This document shows positions 10,145 to 17,031 of a stretch of 64,000 bases of DNA, one piece after another. Within the stretch, counting starts at the first letter, position 1. Every line of letters begins with the position of its first letter. A program made the position numbers and the translations under genes. The stretch spans positions 32,001-96,000 of the forward strand of contig DYFC01000032.1 in NCBI GenBank assembly GCA_020725385.1. Direction: 5' to 3'. The DNA is from Nitrospira japonica. Its GTDB lineage: Bacteria > Nitrospirota > Thermodesulfovibrionia > Thermodesulfovibrionales > SM23-35. A model generated the notes under the pieces. The model saw only the letters and a program-made list of their open reading frames with translations. It was not told the DNA's origin and made no database searches.

Positions 10145-10238
10145 TTTTAGCCTTATTACCGGTTACTGCGCCATGTCTTTTTAAAGTTTCAAGCATGCCC
10201 TCTGGTTTTACTGGAGGGTTGTGGTATGACAGAAACTT

Positions 10239-10313
10239 TGGATTCTCCGGTCAAGTAAGCCCACTGGCTTGCTTGACCGCCATTTGTTTGGCGGAACCGA
10301 AGGGCCAGAGAAT
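10239..10313. repeat. REP-like palindrome with nested hairpins
   Basis: TGGATTCTCCGGTCAAG...GCCAGAGAAT encloses additional stems (CAAGTAAGC/GCTTGCTTG, CCGCCA/TGGCGG). Confidence 0.55.
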
Positions 10314-10368
10314 TTCATTTTTAATCTCTCACTTTCACGTTCGTCTTTCACTCTGCCAAAGGCAGCCC
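10313..10368 (-). repeat. Truncated second copy of the array-embedded cassette end (stem arm + ATGAAA)
   Basis: Matches 10870-10926 with 2 substitutions and a 1-nt indel; abuts the terminal repeat in the same position. Confidence 0.9.
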
Positions 10369-10471
10369 GTCGCAGTCCTTTATTCATCAAGGCTTATTTT
10401 CTCTCTGACGAATTACTTAACGGTGAATTAAAAAAACGGATTGAAAGTCGCAGTCCTTTATTCATCAAGGC

Positions 10472-10926
10472 AGGCTGGCATGGCCAGAGTGAACGTTAAA
10501 AGTTGAAAGTGATAAAAATTATTTTTTCAATGAATCAATCATTTTACTAAGCATTGCTCGTATCTCCTGACAGGTTAATTCTCTCATTTCAAATATGTTG
10601 CTATCAATAAAATTTAATCGCTTTATCTTCTCATACCAGTCAATTGTCTCATTGGTTGAGCCCCTCGCAATATATAAATAATGTTCAAATTCTCTGCCTT
10701 TACGCCTTCCATATCCTTCAGCTATATTCGCTGTTATTGATGAGACACTTCTTAATACTTGATTCGCAATAATTCTGGCAACCTCTGTCTTTGGAAAAGT
10801 TTCAATGTCTTTTAAAACATCTTCAAATAATTTCATCCCTGCTTGCCATACCTTTAGCTCTCTAAAGTCTTTCATTTTTTAATCACTCACTTTCACTTTC
10901 GTCTTTCACTCTGCCAAAGGCAGCCC
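10472..10926 (-). mobile_element. IVS-like insertion cassette inside the CRISPR array
   Basis: Imperfect terminal inverted repeats at 10473-10518 and 10876-10925; flanked by a 25-bp direct duplication of the repeat 3' part; no transposase. Confidence 0.6.
10519..10875 (-). CDS. Four-helix bundle protein (TIGR02436 / 23S rRNA-IVS protein / Avd-like)
   Basis: FRELKVWQ...QVLRSVSSITANIAEGYGR...FEHYLYIARGSTNE family signature. Confidence 0.92.
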   Translation of the reverse strand: MKDFRELKVWQAGMKLFEDVLKDIETFPKTEVARIIANQVLRSVSSITANIAEGYGRRKGREFEHYLYIARGSTNETIDWYEKIKRLNFIDSNIFEMRELTCQEIRAMLSKMIDSLKK

Positions 10927-11354
10927 GTCGCAGTCCTTTATTCATCAAGGCTTATTTTCTCTCCCTACATACAGTTATCCAGTATTTCCAAAAGGGAATG
11001 CTAAGAAAGTCGCAGTCCTTTATTCATCAAGGCTTATTTTCTCTCATGTACTTGCAGAACTTACTGCTAATCCTACTCTTAGTCGCAGTCCTTTATTCAT
11101 CAAGGCTTATTTTCTCTCATTAAAAGTATAAATTTCTGCGGTCTGTTTTTGTTTTGTTATAAGTCGCAGTCCTTTATTCATCAAGGCTTATTTTCTCTCG
11201 TTTCAAAATTGTACGTGACTTTCATTGTTAATAACTCTGGGTCGCAGTCCTTTATTCATCAAGGCTTATTTTCTCTCGCATTCTGACGATCGATTCGTCT
11301 TTGCTCGTCGCAAGAAAGTCGCAGTCCTTTATTCATCAAGGCTTATTTTCTCTC

Positions 11355-11552
11355 CGCACCTCCATATTATTCAATAAAATCATGAAGTTAAAATGCTTAT
11401 TTCTGTAACATTGAGTTATCAACAACTTAATCATACATGAAAAGTTGGTTTTTCTATTTTCAAAGAACAAAAATATATTAATTTTCAATCTGTTAGCTTA
11501 TTTTCTGTAACCTTCTATATTTTTTATTATCCACAAAACTTCGTATAACTAC
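11355..11552 (-). promoter_or_regulatory. CRISPR leader with IHF-like sites
   Basis: AT-rich region between cas2 and first repeat. TATCAACAACTTA (11417-11429) is an exact WATCAANNNNTTR match; AATCATGAAGTTA (11378-11390) has one mismatch. Confidence 0.75.
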
Positions 11553-11825
11553 TTATAATATAAAGACATTTTTGTCTTTTGAGATTTCTCCTTTGCCAAA
11601 AACCTTTGCAACGCCCTCACACTTTGCACATAGTGCATATATTCTCACGCTGTCTTCGTCAGATACTATTCTTTCCAGCTTATTTATCATCTTCTGAAGT
11701 AGTTTATTGTCAAGAATACATTCGAATACACTATATTGTACTCTTGTGCCAAAGTCAAGCATAACTTTAGCAATTTTATCACGTTTCTTATCATCAGGAA
11801 TGTCATATGAAACAATATAAAACAT
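11553..11825 (-). CDS. cas2: CRISPR-associated endoribonuclease Cas2
   Basis: YIVSYDI...FGTRVQYSVFEC...DSVRIY. Confidence 0.97.
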   Translation of the reverse strand: MFYIVSYDIPDDKKRDKIAKVMLDFGTRVQYSVFECILDNKLLQKMINKLERIVSDEDSVRIYALCAKCEGVAKVFGKGEISKDKNVFIL

Positions 11826-11889
11826 TCTAACCTCAATCAGATAATAACCCTCTCTTATACCAAGAGGGAGAATTTATTTGACATTATTC

Positions 11890-12888
11890 TCATACCTGTA
11901 ACAAAAAAGGTGTATATGCTGAACCACCCTTAATATAATTTGCCAGCTTCTCTGCCTGAATCCTGAAACATTTTCTAAATGTTGTGTTTTCGCTTGTTTC
12001 GGGATGTTTGAATTCATTGGCAAAAAACCTTTCATATTCTTCAAAGTATCTTTTCATTGACTCTCTCTTAAGGTACATGCCTTCAGCTTTGGGATTAACA
12101 TAAAAATCATCTTTTTTAAATATGCCATAGTTAATAAGATATAAAGTAAATCTATCAATAACAGCCCTGAATTCTTCCTGTAAATCAGAGGCAAGTGAAG
12201 CTCTTCCATATTCGGCACTATGAAAATATCCAAGATACGGGTCGAAACCGAGGCCATCAAGTAATGACATAATTTCATTGAATACCAGCGTATAACCGAA
12301 GGATAAGAGTGCATTGACAGGATCGGTTGACGGGTGTTTTTTTCTTCCATTAAAAGTGAATTCCTTTAAAATCATTTTGCCAAAGGCTGTAAAATAAACC
12401 TTAGCAATTATACCCTCGATACCCATTAGAGAATTAATATCAATGCCTGTCACAATGCTGTCAAAGAACTTCTTCATCTCATTTGTTTCTCCTGAAAAGT
12501 CAATCTGTGGATGATTATAGGAAAAAGACCTGATAACGTTGAGACAATTTGTGATTTTTACTCTAAGAATAATTTTTGATAAATTCAATCTGAATTCTAT
12601 ATCCCAGTATTTTTTAAATTGTTCTATTCTTAATTCGATATTTTTTGTTGATGGAGACGTTATTTGACCGATGAGTCTCCCTGTTCTCGATAGAATGGCC
12701 ATTTCAATGCCATGTTCAAAAAGTTCATGAATTGCCTGAGTTGTAAACTGAACGTTGCCGAATATCATGACAGACTCAATCTTGTTGCAAGGAACATCAA
12801 GGAGCACATCGTTTTCCTTACGAACTATGAGTCTGTCCCCTGTTTTACAAAGAATTGCGCCCTGTTCGGTTATGTAAAGATTTGCCAT
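11890..12888 (-). CDS. cas1: CRISPR-associated integrase Cas1
   Basis: LYITEQGA, LMGIEG, DPVNALLSFGY, GYFH and LASDLQEEFR motifs. Confidence 0.97.
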   Translation of the reverse strand: MANLYITEQGAILCKTGDRLIVRKENDVLLDVPCNKIESVMIFGNVQFTTQAIHELFEHGIEMAILSRTGRLIGQITSPSTKNIELRIEQFKKYWDIEFRLNLSKIILRVKITNCLNVIRSFSYNHPQIDFSGETNEMKKFFDSIVTGIDINSLMGIEGIIAKVYFTAFGKMILKEFTFNGRKKHPSTDPVNALLSFGYTLVFNEIMSLLDGLGFDPYLGYFHSAEYGRASLASDLQEEFRAVIDRFTLYLINYGIFKKDDFYVNPKAEGMYLKRESMKRYFEEYERFFANEFKHPETSENTTFRKCFRIQAEKLANYIKGGSAYTPFLLQV

Positions 12889-13821
12889 CTACCAGCCTCT
12901 TTTTTTCTTAAGATAATATGCTTCCATATTCAAAGGCGGCGGGTAGTATAGAACCTTCCGCTCTCTTTTCGGTCTGTCAAACGGTACCATAATTAAGCTT
13001 TTTACAAAAGTAACGCCAAGATATTTGAAGCCTTGCTCAAAGCTAACAATATCGGATTCATCAAGTTTTAATAAAAGCCTGTCAAGAATTTCATTAGTAA
13101 ATTCAAGGGATTGTTTTGCTTTTTCAGGACTTTTGCATAGAACCAGAAAATCATCTGCATATCTCACATATCTTTGATTATTTTTTAGCATTGCTTCATC
13201 CAACTCATCAAGAAAAAGATTAGCAAGGACAGGAGACAAAGGCGATCCCTGAGGTATCCCTTTATCTATTATTTCTAAATTTTTTCCATCCCATACTTCG
13301 GATTTAACCCATAATTTTATAAGCATTTCAATGTGTTCATTATTAATATATTTGTGCACTTTTTGAAAAAGGAGTTCATGATTAACACTATCAAAAAAAG
13401 CATCAATATCAGCATCAATCACCCATTTATATCCTTCCTCATAATATTCCTTAATTTTGTAAACAGCATTTCTGACAGAACGCCCTTTTCTAAAAGCAAA
13501 ACTGCATTCCTCAAATTCTTTTTCGAGTAAAGGTTCAATAATATGCAAAACCAGAGTTTGTGCAACTCTATCGCGAACAGCAGGAACCGAAAGAGCTCTT
13601 GCTTCGCCATTACCCTTGTCCACAAGAATTTTAAGAAGCGGAAGAGGGAAATAGGTTTTTTGTCTCAATTCGTTCTCAAGCATTGCAAGATTTTTTGGCA
13701 GGTCATTCTCAAACTCTCCAATTGTTACCCCATCCACACCCGCACAACCATGGTTTTCCTTAACCTGAAAGAAGGCGGTGGAGAGAGAGTTATAATCCCA
13801 CTTTGTCAATTTCTGTAGCAT
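12889..13821 (-). CDS. CRISPR-associated reverse transcriptase (group II intron-like, no maturase/En domain)
   Basis: AGVDG, RALSVPAVRDRVAQ, DADIDAFFD, GIPQGSPLSP, RYADD and FKYLG motifs; immediately upstream of cas1. Confidence 0.95.
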   Translation of the reverse strand: MLQKLTKWDYNSLSTAFFQVKENHGCAGVDGVTIGEFENDLPKNLAMLENELRQKTYFPLPLLKILVDKGNGEARALSVPAVRDRVAQTLVLHIIEPLLEKEFEECSFAFRKGRSVRNAVYKIKEYYEEGYKWVIDADIDAFFDSVNHELLFQKVHKYINNEHIEMLIKLWVKSEVWDGKNLEIIDKGIPQGSPLSPVLANLFLDELDEAMLKNNQRYVRYADDFLVLCKSPEKAKQSLEFTNEILDRLLLKLDESDIVSFEQGFKYLGVTFVKSLIMVPFDRPKRERKVLYYPPPLNMEAYYLKKKRGW

Positions 13822-14569
13822 TTATCCACAGTCTCTCAAAATTATTTTTAAAAGCATCAAAAGGGCTCGTAAACCGCTCATTCTTTCCTATTACAAGAAC
13901 CGGTGAATCACTCCCGCGTTTTCCTTTTTCGAGAATTCCAATATAAGCTTTTCTATCATCAATTAAATACATCCACCATGGAATAAATTCACTATAAAGC
14001 TTTATATTTATCCGCCCTTCCTTATAAGGAATTGTGTTTTTTAGTATAGATATTGCTCCTCTGATTCTTTTACTTGTTGCCTCTACTGCTTCATCAATAA
14101 CTTTTTTTGCATCAGCAGAAAGACTTTCCAGCTTAACATTAAGGTCATGCCCTTTTTGATAGGCTTCCTGTCTTTTTAAGGATTCGGAATCAGGATTCAT
14201 GAGAAGTATTCTATAACTTGCAATGGGATTTTTTTCAATCCATCTTCTGAAGTGTTCTAAAATTGAATCAGAGCTAATTCCAAGATAGCAAAATGAATTT
14301 CTTGCTTCCTGCCAGACTTTCGGGTTTTCATTGAGGTCAAAGCTGTAATAATACCCTGCATTTGCTGAAAGTAAAAGCTTTATCATTCTCTCATACTTTT
14401 TCCAGATCCAGAAGGAAAACAAAACTGTCAGGATGATACAAAATGAAAATATTCCGAGCCAAAGTTTTCCTGAAAAAATACCGACCAAAGCTCCTCCTGC
14501 TATACCAGAAATGAAGTTGATGAATAGGTCGCGGAAAAAGAGTTTCGGGCTAAGAAAATGCTCTGACAT
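13790..14569 (-). CDS. Membrane protein: two N-terminal TM helices + DUF5919-like (degenerate PLD-like) domain
   Basis: Hydrophobic residues ~16-56, then LGIS, RILLMNPDS, IKLY...P, IDD, G.DSP and FERLW..A pattern. Family assignment is from recollection of the pattern. Confidence 0.6.
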   Translation of the reverse strand: MSEHFLSPKLFFRDLFINFISGIAGGALVGIFSGKLWLGIFSFCIILTVLFSFWIWKKYERMIKLLLSANAGYYYSFDLNENPKVWQEARNSFCYLGISSDSILEHFRRWIEKNPIASYRILLMNPDSESLKRQEAYQKGHDLNVKLESLSADAKKVIDEAVEATSKRIRGAISILKNTIPYKEGRINIKLYSEFIPWWMYLIDDRKAYIGILEKGKRGSDSPVLVIGKNERFTSPFDAFKNNFERLWINATEIDKVGL

Positions 14570-14571
14570 TT

Positions 14572-15510
14572 TTACTCCTTTACCAATATTCCATAATGCC
14601 CGATAGTTAGAGTATTATCTTCAGTCTCCTCTAAAATTGACCCAGGCATCCAGCAGATAATAGCATCACTGATTTTTTGTCCGGAACCGATCTTCTTATT
14701 CCCTTTACTATCCTGTATTTCACCCCATTCTCGTCCAACCAGAGGTTCGATGTCACCTTTTAGATTCAAACTGCTATTAATAGGTAAATGAGCTGGTATT
14801 GGTTTGTTTTTTGTAATTTTGATTTTCTTTTCTCCCGAAACAATCTCATGCTCAAAAAAGTTATTATCAATGACTTCTCCTGTTTTTTCATTATCCAGAA
14901 TAAGTCGCCCCCAACCATATTTCCTGTCTCCACCGACAAATATCTCAGAAAATATTTCTTTAAGTCTTATGTCTTTGCTACCATTCCATCCTACAGATTT
15001 TGTATTTACTGTTGCACTTTCTTCTATAAATATATACCCGACAAAGTAAACAGGCATTTGATTTTTTGTATCTTCGTCCTCGATTATAGGCGCAATAAAT
15101 TCTGATTCGTGCAATGATTCATCTTCGGCAGTATTGCTTTCGGGCAGAACAGCGGTTTGGCCATAAGATTTGATAAAAAGACGTTCAAATTCAGAGGCAG
15201 AATAATCTCCATAGTATAGTCCTTTACCGGTATATTCAGGCATTAATAGCTTAAGCTCATCATTTTGAAAAAGCGCAGGGTAAAAGTAGCTAATAAAAAT
15301 ACTTTTGTTTAATAATTCTTCTCCATATATTTTATAATTTGTTGTGTCTTTTATAGACCCATCTGCTCTTGCCAGATTATCTGTAAAAGACGCCCACATA
15401 TTCTTACCTGTAATGTAGTAACGTGTGAGTTTTATATACCCGAGCGTATGCCAGCCAATATGTACATGGCTTTTTGCCTGATAAACCAGTCTATAAGCTT
15501 TCCAGCCCAT
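14572..15510 (-). CDS. cmr3: Type III-C Cas5-group RAMP (Cmr3-like)
   Basis: YRLVYQAKSHVHIG N-terminus, GGDRKYGWG glycine loop, position after cmr5. Confidence 0.7.
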   Translation of the reverse strand: MGWKAYRLVYQAKSHVHIGWHTLGYIKLTRYYITGKNMWASFTDNLARADGSIKDTTNYKIYGEELLNKSIFISYFYPALFQNDELKLLMPEYTGKGLYYGDYSASEFERLFIKSYGQTAVLPESNTAEDESLHESEFIAPIIEDEDTKNQMPVYFVGYIFIEESATVNTKSVGWNGSKDIRLKEIFSEIFVGGDRKYGWGRLILDNEKTGEVIDNNFFEHEIVSGEKKIKITKNKPIPAHLPINSSLNLKGDIEPLVGREWGEIQDSKGNKKIGSGQKISDAIICWMPGSILEETEDNTLTIGHYGILVKE

Positions 15511-15890
15511 TAGTCACTACTCCCTTCTGCAACGGGTTCCTGAGCTTGTTCTACTTTAGCCTTAGCCTTTGCATGATAGCGGGCATAAACAAGCGTACGC
15601 TCAAGGAGTTCTTTGGCGAAGAGAAGATGATCGAGATTATCCTTTAATTTATTTCTTATTGCCTGAAGCGGTTCAACTTCGTCTTGAAGAATGTTTTTCA
15701 TAATCACTTCTTCTTTTAGAAAATTAAACGATTCTTCTTGAATTTTTACTGCCTTCGATGCACACCATAAGAAAAAAGCATATACGCCGTCTTCCTGAAG
15801 AACGCCAAGAGATTTTCGAATTATATCTTCACTTGCAGATTGTCCAATCTTATATCCAAACTCAGCACATTTCAAATCAAGTATTTCCAT
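15510..15890 (-). CDS. cmr5: Type III small subunit Cmr5-like
   Basis: 126-aa helical protein with LGVLQEDGVYAFFLW and LERTLVYARYHAKA, between cmr4 and cmr3. Confidence 0.8.
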   Translation of the reverse strand: MEILDLKCAEFGYKIGQSASEDIIRKSLGVLQEDGVYAFFLWCASKAVKIQEESFNFLKEEVIMKNILQDEVEPLQAIRNKLKDNLDHLLFAKELLERTLVYARYHAKAKAKVEQAQEPVAEGSSD

Positions 15891-15893
15891 ATC

Positions 15894-17030
15894 TTATCCT
15901 CCTATGTTGAGGACTTTTAGCCGTCCCATTCCTCTTGTACCCATTCCTCCGATGCCCAGTGACTCAAAATAGTTAAGCCCCTTTTCTACATTAAATGCAA
16001 TAAAACCAATTTGTTCATTATCATCAACTGCTGGATTTTTTAAGGGGTTTTGATAACTTGCCGGTTTTTCTAAATTGATTGGCTTGCTACCTTCTATTCT
16101 GAAATACCCCGGGTTGTTGTAAACAACGTCAAACCACATCACGGTCGCTCTTGGAATTGCTTCATATGTATAGAGAGCTCTATCTTCAGCAGCACCAGTG
16201 GCAGGGTCAATGGCAACAGATGTACGAACTTCAAGGTTATCGTTGACAATGCGTGAGAAGAGTTTGTCAGAGACAAGCAGAAGACGACTTTTTATTTCAG
16301 CCGGAACATCGTCAAATACAGCTGGCAAGCTTAAATCAGCCCCGTCATCCTTTTCTAACATCAGCCATCCAAAGTTGAGCTTGTTCTGGACGCCAAGGCC
16401 AAAGCTTTTGAATTTGTCATCCGATGATATTGACACCGATAACCCATGCTCACTTAACACGCGGGGGGATGTTACCCACACCGGCCCGATCATTGAATGA
16501 ACAGGGAAAAATAGAATTCTTGCATCGTAGAATTGTGCAAGCCCCTGAAAACTTGAGCCGCTTTTACCCTTTGAAAATCCAAAAGGAATACATACCTCGC
16601 AATCAGGTCTTCCGCAATGCCCTTCTCCATCATCAGCACCTTTGCCCGCACAGCTGTAATATTTTGGTTCAAGGGGATTATCATTATCATAAAATGGTTT
16701 ATTGTTTGATACATCAAAAGTTATTATGGCTTTGTCACCTTCAATTTTTGATACTTTATAAAGAGGCCTCTGGTATTTCCATTTAAGATATTTTTTATAA
16801 TCAATCTTGAAATCTGCTTCTATTGCAGTTTGATTTTCACTCTGTACTGCCATTGCGGTATATGCCCTTGCAACCCCGGCAATGCTTGAGCCGGGTATTT
16901 TGGGAAGATTTGTTCCTGGCTCTCTGGTGATTGTATTATCTACTCTCCCGAGCCTGTATCCGCCTGTGCCGATATGCACAGGGTCAAGAGTTAAAGCAAA
17001 ATAAGTCTTCTTTTCGAAAGGTTTACTCAT
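15894..17030 (-). CDS. cmr4: Type III RAMP Cmr4 (Cas7 group)
   Basis: DPVHIGTG...VDNTITRE (catalytic Asp present), KIPGSSIAG, YTYEAIP, GIGGMGTRGMG. ATG at 17030 preferred. Confidence 0.93.
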   Translation of the reverse strand: MSKPFEKKTYFALTLDPVHIGTGGYRLGRVDNTITREPGTNLPKIPGSSIAGVARAYTAMAVQSENQTAIEADFKIDYKKYLKWKYQRPLYKVSKIEGDKAIITFDVSNNKPFYDNDNPLEPKYYSCAGKGADDGEGHCGRPDCEVCIPFGFSKGKSGSSFQGLAQFYDARILFFPVHSMIGPVWVTSPRVLSEHGLSVSISSDDKFKSFGLGVQNKLNFGWLMLEKDDGADLSLPAVFDDVPAEIKSRLLLVSDKLFSRIVNDNLEVRTSVAIDPATGAAEDRALYTYEAIPRATVMWFDVVYNNPGYFRIEGSKPINLEKPASYQNPLKNPAVDDNEQIGFIAFNVEKGLNYFESLGIGGMGTRGMGRLKVLNIGG

Positions 17031-17031
17031 A

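Larger units (their letters stand above)
10369..11354 (-). CRISPR. CRISPR array, 37-bp repeat GAGAGAAAATAAGCCTTGATGAATAAAGGACTGCGAC; 7 full repeats + one 25-bp partial, 6 spacers (36-45 bp), interrupted by a 455-bp gene cassette
   Basis: Identical repeats start (+ strand) at 10369, 10927, 11009, 11082, 11163, 11241 and 11318; partial repeat at 10447-10471. Orientation inferred from the AT-rich leader next to cas2 and the 3' ACTGCGAC handle after a CCTT/AAGG hairpin. Confidence 0.97.

Noticed and set aside
10123-10499. ORFs 10123-10431, 10208-10390 and 10269-10499
   Set aside because: They run across REP palindromes and CRISPR repeats; spurious.
11482-11511. 30-nt GTT...ATTGAAAA resembling a second CRISPR repeat type
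   Set aside because: Single copy within the leader with no spacer periodicity; better explained as a leader motif.
10313-13821. Diversity-generating retroelement (RT + Avd-like gene + duplicated sequence)
   Set aside because: The RT has QGSPLSP rather than the DGR-type GxxxSQ motif and abuts cas1. The 56-bp duplicate is essentially non-coding, and its two substitutions are not both adenine-specific on one strand. No TR/VR pair seen.
12889-13821. Group II intron
   Set aside because: Only 310 aa, no maturase X/En domain, and tightly flanked by genes with no room for intron RNA.
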